DNA of 64,000 nt from an uncultured Alphaproteobacteria bacterium (GCA_944393715.1 CALYBB010000001.1:9609-73608); one strand, 5' to 3'; positions 10,935-21,405 are shown, counted from the stretch's first letter. The notes: a model not told the origin generated them from the sequence alone. Numbers and translations: made by a program.

Positions 10935-11522
10935 ATGAATATCATTAAAAATTTGGCGGATTTCTTTTTCAAGAACGAAAAAAACGCCCCCAAAAAACAA
11001 AGTCAGATTTTGGATTTTTCACCACTTCAGATTCAGGAATTCAAAAAACGACTATCTGCCCGAGCCTATGACGGCACCCCTGTGAACATCCTGCGAAAGC
11101 CTGCTTTTGATTGTAAGGAATTTATAAAATTCATCAACAATCTGTTGACAACTTGTGGAATTCCAAAAGAGCTTTCTTCTCAAGACGTTCAGGCTTTTGA
11201 CATATTCACACCAGAGAGTGCTTATATTCAAAGCTGTTTAGCCGTTCATTGCAGCCATGGCTACATTTATGTCTGCATCGGAAAAAAGCAAATCCTTTTT
11301 TCCGAAAACAACAAACATTTGTTTAAGCCGGCAAACTTTTTCCGGATTTATTTTCCTTTTTCCGGTTCGTATCATCGTCTCTTTGCTTCATGCAGCTACC
11401 AAAATGGCTTCATAGTAGCCCATACCCTCTACAAAGAATATAATAACGATGATGAACCGAAATTCCTTATCCGGACACCGCTTCAAACGCCGATAAGGTT
11501 AATTCCGGAGCTTTTTAGCTAA
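10935..11522 (+). CDS. Hypothetical protein (orphan)
   Basis: Open frame 10899-11522 with the first ATG at 10935 (MNIIKNL...). No signal peptide, TM segment or recognisable motif. Followed by a strong hairpin terminator. Start uncertain and no clear RBS. Confidence 0.55.
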   Translation: MNIIKNLADFFFKNEKNAPKKQSQILDFSPLQIQEFKKRLSARAYDGTPVNILRKPAFDCKEFIKFINNLLTTCGIPKELSSQDVQAFDIFTPESAYIQSCLAVHCSHGYIYVCIGKKQILFSENNKHLFKPANFFRIYFPFSGSYHRLFASCSYQNGFIVAHTLYKEYNNDDEPKFLIRTPLQTPIRLIPELFS

Positions 11523-11527
11523 ACCAA

Positions 11528-11555
11528 CCGCCGCTACTTTACTTAGTAGCGGCGG
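11528..11555. terminator. Bidirectional hairpin between the orphan ORF and rsfS
   Basis: 11-bp stem CCGCCGCTACT/AGTAGCGGCGG with a 6-nt loop, located between convergent genes. Confidence 0.65.
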
Positions 11556-11574
11556 CTTTTGAAAAAAAGAAAGC

Positions 11575-13019
<1,445 letters not shown>

Positions 13020-13069
13020 TTATTCCGAACAACCATTACTCTAAAATATCCTGTCTGCCCGAAAAGTAA

Positions 13070-13093
13070 AGGGGACGCCGACAAACATCCCCT
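13070..13093 (-). terminator. Possible weak terminator after rpmA
   Basis: 6-bp stem AGGGGA/TCCCCT with a 12-nt loop, followed on the minus strand by TTACTTTTCGG. Weak. Confidence 0.35.
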
Positions 13094-13123
13094 CAAACTT
13101 TTTTGATAACGGTTGACCGAAAC

Positions 13124-13378
13124 TTATTCCGCCATTACCGAAACAACTGTCCGATCGCCGGCCTTTTTGGTAAACACCACTTTGCCTTCGCTCAAAGCAA
13201 ACAACGTATGATCTTTACCCATACCGACATTGGCACCCGGATGATACTGCGTTCCGCGCTGACGGACAATAATATTTCCCGGAATAACCGCCTGTCCGCC
13301 GGACTTCTTCAATCCCAACCGACGTCCGATGGAGTCGCGCCCGTTAGACGAGCTACCGCCTGATTTCTTGTGAGCCAT
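13124..13378 (-). CDS. rpmA: 50S ribosomal protein L27
   Basis: 84 aa; [16 protein letters not shown]...[10 protein letters not shown] is an L27 signature. Confidence 0.96.
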   Translation of the reverse strand: MAHKKSGGSSSNGRDSIGRRLGLKKSGGQAVIPGNIIVRQRGTQYHPGANVGMGKDHTLFALSEGKVVFTKKAGDRTVVSVMAE

Positions 13379-13394
13379 TGTTCAAATCTCCTTC

Positions 13395-13697
13395 TTACTT
13401 GCCGATTACGTCGGTAATCTTAACCAGCGTAATATTTTGTCTGTGACCGTTTTTACGGCGATAATTCTGTCTTCTTTTCTTTTTGAAAATGATAACCTTG
13501 GCATCCTTAGCCTGTTTCAAGACCATAGCTTTGACCGAAGCTCCCGCAACCAACGGCGAGCCAATAGTATCGCCCAGAGCCAAAACCTCGTTAAAAACGA
13601 CCTCTTTGCCTTCTTCTCCGGCGATCTTCTCAATCTTAATCACATCCCCTGATGCAACACGGTATTGCTTGCCGCCGGTTCTAATTACTGCATACAT
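13395..13697 (-). CDS. rplU: 50S ribosomal protein L21
   Basis: 100 aa; [14 protein letters not shown] is the L21 N-terminus. Confidence 0.96.
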   Translation of the reverse strand: MYAVIRTGGKQYRVASGDVIKIEKIAGEEGKEVVFNEVLALGDTIGSPLVAGASVKAMVLKQAKDAKVIIFKKKRRQNYRRKNGHRQNITLVKITDVIGK

Positions 13698-13779
13698 ATT
13701 CTTTCACCTTTATATTAAAATAACATAAAAACGTTGTTTTGCAATATACATAACTTTTTACGGCTGTCAACAAGAATCT

Positions 13780-14262
13780 CTATCTTTTTTCATTTTTAAG
13801 AGCGTCATGACTCTTTCTTAAACCTCTGTATAACTCCGGACGCATAAATTTTCCCTTCCAAATTCCTTTTTTCAACGCCCGAGCCTGCCTCTCATCAGCC
13901 TGATATTTCTCACTATACGCCATAGCCCAGCCGCTGCGCACCATCTCTTGCCCTATATTCATGCCATCAGCACGCCAACACTCTACCAGCGAACGCCCAT
14001 AACGATCTTTACCATATCTTTCGCACCTAACCTGCCCCTGCATCAAACGCTTCAGATGTTCAGTCGCTTCAAACCCGCATAAATACTTCCAACCGCTAGC
14101 ATCATAACATTTCTGAAAAAACTCCGGCGCATCAATATTCATCAGCCTGAGTCTTTCACTTCCGGCTTCAAGACTGTCGCCATCCACCACATTAAAATTT
14201 TCCGCAGCTTTTGCAACAGATACCATCGCAAAAAAGGCATACAACAAAAATTTTCCTAACAT
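13780..14262 (-). CDS. Secreted thermonuclease (staphylococcal-nuclease-like) family protein
   Basis: SNase motifs VVDGDSLEAGSERLRLMNIDAPE and YGRSLVEC. Trimmed from 14397 to MLGKFLLYAFFAMVSVAKA (ATG at 14262), which reads as a cleavable signal peptide. Confidence 0.8.
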   Translation of the reverse strand: MLGKFLLYAFFAMVSVAKAAENFNVVDGDSLEAGSERLRLMNIDAPEFFQKCYDASGWKYLCGFEATEHLKRLMQGQVRCERYGKDRYGRSLVECWRADGMNIGQEMVRSGWAMAYSEKYQADERQARALKKGIWKGKFMRPELYRGLRKSHDALKNEKR

Positions 14263-14432
14263 TTTTCTCTCACAAAAAAAACAACGATCTATATTTTGCA
14301 CACTCTTATTTTTCTGACAAGTCCCAAAAAACAAAACACTAAAAAAAATACATGGAATAATTGCAAAAAAGGCTTGGTATTTGCCGACAGCTGGCATAAT
14401 ATAAGCTATATTTTTACGACAAAGGGGCTAAA

Positions 14433-15329
14433 ATGCTGCGCAGAAGTTTACATTCTTTAGTATTGCTTACCGCTGTTTTGGGGCTATGCGGATGTGAAGC
14501 TATGCACAATTATTTGCCAAACGGCTTTTTTACATTTGCCGGAAGATCGGAACACCCTCGGGACTTGACAACTACGGAAACGCCTTCAACACAAGGAACT
14601 TTTGAGGAAGCCCGTTTGTCGACGAAGCATCCGTCATCTATCGTCGTCTGCCGTTCACATCAATGTGCGCCGGCAGAACTTTCAATGTCAGCTGAATATA
14701 TTTATAATTCTCTGTTGCAGCTTTTCGACAACAACAATTACCAAAAAATTCTTATTTGTCAGGCAGATTCGCAGACGCATGTTTGCTTGGAGAATTATCT
14801 TTCTCTGCCGATACATGTGGGCATCGTTCCGACTAACGCCTACATCGATCACGCCAAAATTACAGATGTCATCGTTGGCAAAAACAGCACCATGAATATT
14901 ATTCTAAACTACAATGTAACATACGGCGGACAAGTTGCCGATTGCACCCCCTCAAAATCGTTGCTGTTTGCCAGAAAAACAAATCATGTGCTTCTTGAGG
15001 ATGCCGGTTACACCTGCAAAATGACAACCGTCGGCTCCACCAGCATCAAAACCGTTTTTGCCATTGATTATATAGATTTGGATTACGGCTATATCGGCGG
15101 TTACTATTCTATAGGTTTGTCCGGTCCGGCTTACGGCGGAGGAAGTGGCTACATGCTCTTGCGGCTCCCCCAAAATGCCTATCCTCTATCGCCGGCACTA
15201 AAAGCCCCTAAAAGCGCAAAAAGAGGTTCTTTGGCTAATCAAGTCGCCGGCATGCCAAATAGCCAGACAGATACGTCTTCCCATATGCAGCAGGGTGTCC
15301 AAGTCTTTCCTCTGGAAAAGAGCAACTAA
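14433..15329 (+). CDS. Hypothetical lipoprotein, Cys-rich
   Basis: Signal peptide with a lipobox-like LGLCGC at residues 17-22. 298 aa with several further Cys residues. No family recognised. Confidence 0.7.
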   Translation: MLRRSLHSLVLLTAVLGLCGCEAMHNYLPNGFFTFAGRSEHPRDLTTTETPSTQGTFEEARLSTKHPSSIVVCRSHQCAPAELSMSAEYIYNSLLQLFDNNNYQKILICQADSQTHVCLENYLSLPIHVGIVPTNAYIDHAKITDVIVGKNSTMNIILNYNVTYGGQVADCTPSKSLLFARKTNHVLLEDAGYTCKMTTVGSTSIKTVFAIDYIDLDYGYIGGYYSIGLSGPAYGGGSGYMLLRLPQNAYPLSPALKAPKSAKRGSLANQVAGMPNSQTDTSSHMQQGVQVFPLEKSN

Positions 15330-15350
15330 TTTTTCCACCCTCAATATTTG

Positions 15351-16250
15351 TCATATTCCGTAAGAAAAATATTTGATGCTTTCATAAACGACAATGCGTT
15401 CAATACCGGAAAAGCTCAAAGAACTTTGCCCATAAACAATTCTTCCCTCCGAAGAAGGCAAACAGCCATTGCGAATTTGATATTCCCTAACATCTCGCAG
15501 GTTCATCACCGTGCCGTCCGAAAATTGGACTTCCCAACCATATGTATCATATCCGACATTAACATGCACAGCCTTGCATTCTTCGTCGGCATTAAAATCG
15601 GTACTCTCAAAACCTTTAGCTATTTCAAAAAATTTATCCGCAGAATTTCCGCTATACCATCTTAAAGCACCTATGTTTCCGCTTTCCTGAAGCGCCTGCG
15701 GCAAATAATGACGAGATTCGGCAGCATCACTTTCCGCCATAATTTCTCCATCATTCAAAGAATTTTCAAAATATGCGTCAGACTCATCCTCAAAAGAAGC
15801 TTCTGAGGCCGTTTCCTCTGAAAAATCCTGCGAATTAGTCAGATCCTCGGCGTCTTCTCCGACCTCAGAAAACGGCTGATCGTCACCGCCTTCTTCCTTA
15901 CCTTCTACCAAAGAAGCCCCTTCTTCAATATCCTCATTTTTTTCTGCTTCCGCATTATTTTCATCTACAGCATCTTCCCCAACAAACGCAGGTTCAGATA
16001 TTTCAGACGCTCCTTTACTCTCCTCGGCTGCAGCTTCTGCCTCGGTAAAAACTTTTGGCTCAGAAATTCCACCATCTTCATCCGACAGATTATCAAAATT
16101 GAAATCCGCCAAAGAAATATCATCCGAATCACCAAGAATATCCGCCGAAACACCATTTCCGCGCTCCTCAGTTTCAGAAGCGGTTTCAGCGTCTTTCAGT
16201 AAATCATCCAAATCCAGATCATCACTTAGCTTATTTTCATCAACCATCAT
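15351..16250 (-). CDS. Hypothetical highly acidic protein with a C-terminal globular domain
   Basis: 299 aa. By hand count, 32 of the first 100 residues are D/E versus 5 K/R. The last ~120 aa have ordinary composition. It starts 13 nt after the histidine-kinase stop on the same strand. Confidence 0.7.
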   Translation of the reverse strand: MMVDENKLSDDLDLDDLLKDAETASETEERGNGVSADILGDSDDISLADFNFDNLSDEDGGISEPKVFTEAEAAAEESKGASEISEPAFVGEDAVDENNAEAEKNEDIEEGASLVEGKEEGGDDQPFSEVGEDAEDLTNSQDFSEETASEASFEDESDAYFENSLNDGEIMAESDAAESRHYLPQALQESGNIGALRWYSGNSADKFFEIAKGFESTDFNADEECKAVHVNVGYDTYGWEVQFSDGTVMNLRDVREYQIRNGCLPSSEGRIVYGQSSLSFSGIERIVVYESIKYFSYGI

Positions 16251-16263
16251 TATTTCCTAACTT

Positions 16264-17625
16264 TTAAAGAGGTAAACTGATAATAACCCTCAACCCGCCG
16301 AGGATACCATCCTCCAGTTGAATATGCCCGCCGTGCGCCGTAATAATATCTTTCGTAATCGCCAGCCCCAAACCGATACCTCCGGTCTCTTTATTACGAG
16401 AATTTTCCAACCGATAAAAAGCCCTAAAAACAGCCTCTCGTTCATCTTTCGGAATTCCTGGACCATTATCGTCAACAATGACCCGAACATTTTTAGCATC
16501 CTGTTCTATTCTGACTTCAATTTTTTTGCCATAACGACTGGCATTAGCTATAATATTAGTAATGGCCCGCCGCAAAGCCTGTTCTTTAGCGGTAATTTCA
16601 ATTGGTTTGTCAGCGGCAAAACACTTAATCTTAACATGCTGCGACACAAACCGATCAACAATCTCTTGAACCAGTCTGCAAACATCAATATGCGCTGTCG
16701 CCTCATCGCCCTCACCACGCACAAAGGCCAAATAACCATTAAGCATCTTCTCCATTTCATCAATATCTGCCAAAAAATCTTTCTGATCTTGTGAATTTTC
16801 CGCCATTGCCAGAGCCAGTTTCATTCTGGTCAACGGCGTTCTCAAATCATGAGAGATTCCAGCCAGCATCTGCGTACGCTCCATAATTTGACGCAAGATC
16901 CGCTCTTTCATTTTTATAAAAGCATAACCGGCTTTGCGCACTTCAGACGAACCATAAGGTTTAAAACCGTCATCATCAATTCCCTTACCGAAATTTTCGG
17001 CCGTCTGTGCCAGATCAGCAATAGCGCGAACTTGTATCCGCAAAAACATCACCGAAACCAAAAACAACAGAATTGACGTCGCCACCATCCAAACCACAAA
17101 CATAAAAATTGAAGAAGAAAATATCTTTTTCTTGGCACACACAAACTGATAAACACAGTTATTTTTTTCAATAAAAACAATCAAATCGCTGTTATTGTCC
17201 TGAGACTCATCGACTAAAATACTCCATCGATTTTCCGGATATACGTGCTCCATAGCCTCTTTCAAATACGCAACGACCACAGGATTAGCCCGCATTTCCT
17301 GCATAACTCCTTGGCTTTGCTGGACATCATAAAACCGAAAACTAATCTGAAAACTCTCATCCGCCAATCGCTGAAGTTTGTTAAGAGGCATGCCGCCTTC
17401 TTTCAGGCGAATAATCATATTCATTTCATCAACCAGATTTTCAGACAAACGACGCCCCATCCGGCTCCAACTGCCATCAAAAAATACAACGACAGAAACA
17501 ACCTGCACCACAATCAGCGGAATAAAAATAAGCAGCATTGTCCTAAAAAACAACGTACGCGGCAACAACCGATGACGCCAAAACGTCATCTTCTCTTCAA
17601 ACTTTTGCGGCAGCTTCAAATGCAT
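16264..17625 (-). CDS. EnvZ-type sensor histidine kinase
   Basis: Two TM segments, H-box SHDLRTPLTRM, N-box and G-boxes (DDNGPGIP, GGIGLGLAI). GAGGGA RBS before the ATG at 17625. Confidence 0.9.
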   Translation of the reverse strand: MHLKLPQKFEEKMTFWRHRLLPRTLFFRTMLLIFIPLIVVQVVSVVVFFDGSWSRMGRRLSENLVDEMNMIIRLKEGGMPLNKLQRLADESFQISFRFYDVQQSQGVMQEMRANPVVVAYLKEAMEHVYPENRWSILVDESQDNNSDLIVFIEKNNCVYQFVCAKKKIFSSSIFMFVVWMVATSILLFLVSVMFLRIQVRAIADLAQTAENFGKGIDDDGFKPYGSSEVRKAGYAFIKMKERILRQIMERTQMLAGISHDLRTPLTRMKLALAMAENSQDQKDFLADIDEMEKMLNGYLAFVRGEGDEATAHIDVCRLVQEIVDRFVSQHVKIKCFAADKPIEITAKEQALRRAITNIIANASRYGKKIEVRIEQDAKNVRVIVDDNGPGIPKDEREAVFRAFYRLENSRNKETGGIGLGLAITKDIITAHGGHIQLEDGILGGLRVIISLPL

Positions 17626-17681
17626 CTTTCCCTCGCAACTTTTCGGCCAAAAACTTTCAGGCCACCATCCCGATTCTCATG

Positions 17682-18380
17682 CTAATCAGTCAAAAGCATA
17701 TACCCTTTACCGCGCAGTGTTTGAAGATAGCGCGGATTTTTTGAATCCTTTTCTATTTTTTTCCTCAACCGTGTAATCTGCACATCAATAGAACGCGGCG
17801 ACTGCCCTGCTCCCAAAATATCCGAAAGTTTTTCCCTAGAAAAAACCTGCCCCTTTTTAGCCCCCAAAACACTGAGCAAACTTTGTTCAACTGGCGTAAT
17901 ATGCAAAACATCTCCTTGTTTAGAAACCAATTCTTTACTTTGCATATCAAAAACACAAGCTCCAAAATCAAGTTTTTGCGTTTCTTTTGTTTCCGCAGGA
18001 GTCCTCTTCAAAATACTGGCGATTCTGAGCAATAACTCTTTTGGTTCAAAAGGCTTCGACACATAATCATCCGCGCCGCGTTCAAGTCCGGTAATTCTGT
18101 CTTCAACATTACCCATTGCCGTCAGCATAATTACTGGAACCGAATTTTCCTGTCTCAAACGACGCAAAAAATCAAAACCGCTCTCTTTGGGCATCATCAC
18201 ATCGACAATCAAAAGATTAAAGCGATACTGCCGTAGCATAAGACGCGCCTCTTCTGCATCTTTAGCCACTGAAACAAAAAAACCATTTTCACGCAAAAAA
18301 CGCTGCAACAAACTACGCAGTCTGGTATCATCATCAACGACTAAAAGATGTTTTGCCTCCTGTTCCATTAACATGCCCAC
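17682..18380 (-). CDS. OmpR-family response regulator
   Basis: Receiver domain (LLVVDDD...DVMMP...) plus a winged-helix C-terminus (IDVQITRLRKKIE...LQTLRGKGYML). The start is ambiguous among GTG 18380, ATG 18374 and ATG 18368. Confidence 0.92.
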   Translation of the reverse strand: MGMLMEQEAKHLLVVDDDTRLRSLLQRFLRENGFFVSVAKDAEEARLMLRQYRFNLLIVDVMMPKESGFDFLRRLRQENSVPVIMLTAMGNVEDRITGLERGADDYVSKPFEPKELLLRIASILKRTPAETKETQKLDFGACVFDMQSKELVSKQGDVLHITPVEQSLLSVLGAKKGQVFSREKLSDILGAGQSPRSIDVQITRLRKKIEKDSKNPRYLQTLRGKGYMLLTD

Positions 18381-18387
18381 AAAAAAA

Positions 18388-19101
18388 TTATGATGCCTTT
18401 ATATTCGCCGTTTTCTTTTTCTGCACCTTTCTTTTCTTCACAGCCGTTTTCTTGGCCGACATCTGTGAAACCGGTGCTTTCTTAACACCCTTTTTCTTTA
18501 TAGGAGCTTTGGTCTTCAACAAATCAGGAATTGACGGAACTTTAGCACATTTTTCCGTTTCGCAAATATAATCCAAGCTTTTCTGAAAATACTGATAACC
18601 GGTAATAAACGTCAAAGCGCCGGCAACCCACAACAAAAACTCGCCGATGCCGCCCCAATACCAAACACCCTTCAACAGCATCATCGACAACGCCGTCATC
18701 TGAAAGCCTGTTTTCCATTTAGCCAAACGCGTTACCGGCAACCCGACATTAACCTCGCGCAAAAATTCCCGCAAACCCGAAACCAAAATTTCACGGCAAA
18801 GAATAACAATAACCGGAATAAAACTGATTTTATACTCGACCATTCCAGGCTTTGCCAGCAGCACGACCAAAGCCGAAGTAACCAAAAGTTTATCGGCTAT
18901 CGGATCCAAAAGCCGTCCCAAAGCCGATGTCTCGCCACGGGCTCGTGCCAGATAACCGTCAAAATAATCGGTAATTGAGGCGATAATAAACAAAACCGCC
19001 GCAATAACAGCCCACCACATCGATGTAATATATACGGATAAAAAGATTGCCGGAATAACGATAATACGCGATATTGTCAGCAGATTAGGAAGATTATACA
19101 T
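18388..19101 (-). CDS. pgsA: CDP-diacylglycerol--glycerol-3-phosphate 3-phosphatidyltransferase with polybasic C-terminal tail
   Basis: CDP-alcohol phosphatidyltransferase motif DYFDGYLAR...GRLLDPIADK. 237 aa. The last 42 aa contain 17 K/R and no D/E by hand count. Downstream of uvrC, as in many bacteria. Confidence 0.92.
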   Translation of the reverse strand: MYNLPNLLTISRIIVIPAIFLSVYITSMWWAVIAAVLFIIASITDYFDGYLARARGETSALGRLLDPIADKLLVTSALVVLLAKPGMVEYKISFIPVIVILCREILVSGLREFLREVNVGLPVTRLAKWKTGFQMTALSMMLLKGVWYWGGIGEFLLWVAGALTFITGYQYFQKSLDYICETEKCAKVPSIPDLLKTKAPIKKKGVKKAPVSQMSAKKTAVKKRKVQKKKTANIKAS

Positions 19102-19150
19102 AATTTTGCGTCCCTAAAAGTTAACTTTTTTCAATAGTATGTCATAAATT

Positions 19151-20956
19151 TTAATTATGGAAGTAGTTATAAATTTTTTCCGCCGTTTTTTTACTTATTC
19201 CTTCCACCTTTTGCAAATCAGCAATATTGGCTTCCGCCACATCTTGCGCCGATCCAAAATATTTTAACAAATCGGCCTTGCGTTTTGCGCCTATTCCTTC
19301 AATTTCATCAATCAATGACCGATAAATTGATTTTGCGCGTTTTTTCCGATGCGTTCCGATCGCAAACCGATGTGCTTCATCGCGCAGATTCTGCAAATAA
19401 AAAGCCAAAGGGGAGCGATACTCCAATTCAAAACTTTCTTGATCTTTTATATGGTAGAACTCTTTACCGGCATTCCGATCCGGACCTTTGGAAATACCGA
19501 TAATAACTATCCCTTCCAGATCATAATCTTTAAGAGCTTCATGCACGGCGTTTAATTGCCCGCGTCCGCCGTCCAGCAAAATAACGTCAGGTTTGTTTTC
19601 CGGTGTCATCTTGTCAAAACGCCGCCGCAACACCTCACGCATCATCGCAAAATCGTCATGCGTGTTCTCTGTATATTTAATGTTAAAAGTCCGATAATTC
19701 TTTTTATCAAACCCTTCCGGCGTAGCAACAATCATTGCGCCGACGGCATAACTTCCCTGATTGTGCGAATTATCATAAACCTCAATCCGCTGCGGCAAAC
19801 GCGGCAAGCCGAATTTTTCGCGAAAAGCCTCCAGATTCGTCTTAACCGAGGCCTCCAGCGCCACTTTTCGGCGAATAGCATCAACGGCATTCTGCTCTGC
19901 AAACCGTGCCATCTTAAACTTATTACCGCTCTTTGGATAAACAATTTTACTGCCGACCGCCTGTTGCCAAAAATCAGCATTTTCCGGTTCAACACCGACA
20001 ATAATTTCTTTCGGAGGTTGATGATTGCTGTAAAATTCGCCCAAAAAAGCTTCCAACACTTCCCTTTTGCCGGCACCTTCGGTCTGCGTGGGAAAATAAG
20101 CCGCATTGCCGCAGTTCTGTCCGGAGCGGATAAAAAATATCTCAATGCCGAACAATCCGTTTTCTTCGGCAACCCCGATAACATCGGCCGATACAAGTCC
20201 CGAATATTCAACATTTTGCCGCGCCTGAACAATACTCAGGGCGCGGATACGGTCACGCAGGACCAATGCGGTTTCAAAATCCTGTCGGCGACTGGCCTCT
20301 TCCATTTGTTCGGACAATTCTTTTTGAATATCGGTATTTTTGCCCTCAAGAAAATCTATCGCCTTTTTTACCAGCTCTTGATAATCTTTCACCGATATTT
20401 TCCCGACGCATGGCGCTGAGCAACGCTTGATTTGATACATCAGACACGGCCGCTGCCGGTTTTTAAACGCATTGTCGCGGCAAGAACGCAGTAAAAATAC
20501 CTTCTGCAAAATATCCAGCGCCGCATTAACCGCCGCAACACTGGCAAACGGACCAAAGTAGCGGTTCTTGTCTTTACGGCTGCCTCGGTATTTTGACAAC
20601 CGCGGAAACTCCGCCTCAACATTAATCATCAGATAAGGAAAAGTTTTATCGTCTTTTAAAAGAATATTGTAGCGCGGCGAATATTTCTTAATCAGCTCAT
20701 TTTCAACCAGCAGCGCCCGAGCTTCGTTTTCAACGACAATGAACTCCATTCGTTCAATTTGCGCCACCATTTGTTGCAACCGCCGCGGCAATTTGTTCAA
20801 ATGCGAATAAGCAACAATCCTTTTTTTGATATTTTTGGCCTTGCCAACATATAAAACCGTTCCGGCGGCGTCAATCATCCGGTAGACACCCGGTTTTTCC
20901 GGCGCTATTTTGATATGTGCTTTTAAGTTTTCCAGCCCTTTTTTGATATCCAACAT
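19151..20956 (-). CDS. uvrC: Excinuclease ABC subunit C
   Basis: 601 aa with an N-terminal GIY-YIG domain (PGVYRMIDAAGTVLYVGKAKNIKKR), a UVR domain and a C-terminal HhH. Confidence 0.96.
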   Translation of the reverse strand: MLDIKKGLENLKAHIKIAPEKPGVYRMIDAAGTVLYVGKAKNIKKRIVAYSHLNKLPRRLQQMVAQIERMEFIVVENEARALLVENELIKKYSPRYNILLKDDKTFPYLMINVEAEFPRLSKYRGSRKDKNRYFGPFASVAAVNAALDILQKVFLLRSCRDNAFKNRQRPCLMYQIKRCSAPCVGKISVKDYQELVKKAIDFLEGKNTDIQKELSEQMEEASRRQDFETALVLRDRIRALSIVQARQNVEYSGLVSADVIGVAEENGLFGIEIFFIRSGQNCGNAAYFPTQTEGAGKREVLEAFLGEFYSNHQPPKEIIVGVEPENADFWQQAVGSKIVYPKSGNKFKMARFAEQNAVDAIRRKVALEASVKTNLEAFREKFGLPRLPQRIEVYDNSHNQGSYAVGAMIVATPEGFDKKNYRTFNIKYTENTHDDFAMMREVLRRRFDKMTPENKPDVILLDGGRGQLNAVHEALKDYDLEGIVIIGISKGPDRNAGKEFYHIKDQESFELEYRSPLAFYLQNLRDEAHRFAIGTHRKKRAKSIYRSLIDEIEGIGAKRKADLLKYFGSAQDVAEANIADLQKVEGISKKTAEKIYNYFHN

Positions 20957-21011
20957 TTTATCTTCCAGTTTTTGTCCATATTAAAGGTTTTATCTCTGAT
21001 TTCAAGCATGA

Positions 21012-21043
21012 AAAAGACGCCTGCGGCTGCAAGCGTCTTTTTC
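21012..21043 (-). terminator. Terminator after the 119-aa ORF
   Basis: Stem GACGCCTGC/GCAAGCGTC (one mismatch) extended by A/T pairs, with loop GGCT. Followed by a T-run on the minus strand. Confidence 0.6.
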
Positions 21044-21045
21044 CT

Positions 21046-21405
21046 TTACGATTTTACCTTATCATAACGAATGTCGTCAAATATCTTCTGATACATTTCT
21101 CCGGCAGCCTTCTCTTTAGGAAGATTATCAAAACGCGAATAGTAATTCGCCAGCTTTTTCAACTCCTCACGGCATTTCTCTCTATCCTTAAATTTGTCAA
21201 AGAAAAACAAATCATGAACATAGTCCATCAAGCACTTTTTACAATATTGTTCCACACGGCACTGCTTTATAAAATCAACCTCTTTCACCAGCGAAAATTC
21301 GTGCCTTATTTCTTCCAACTCTCTAAGGATTTTCCGGACGATAATAGCAAAAAACACTGACAACAACAATACAAAAACTAAAAGAATAACAATAACATTT
21401 TCCAT
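21046..21405 (-). CDS. Hypothetical small membrane-anchored protein
   Basis: 119 aa with an N-terminal TM helix (MENVIVILLVFVLLLSVFFAIIV) followed by a charged, Cys-containing soluble part. It has its own promoter-like and terminator elements. Confidence 0.6.
   Translation of the reverse strand: MENVIVILLVFVLLLSVFFAIIVRKILRELEEIRHEFSLVKEVDFIKQCRVEQYCKKCLMDYVHDLFFFDKFKDREKCREELKKLANYYSRFDNLPKEKAAGEMYQKIFDDIRYDKVKS

Noticed and set aside
19556-20419. 287-aa plus-strand ORF antisense to uvrC.
   Set aside because: It is in codon register with uvrC (2 mod 3) and has low-complexity composition. uvrC on the opposite strand is unambiguous.
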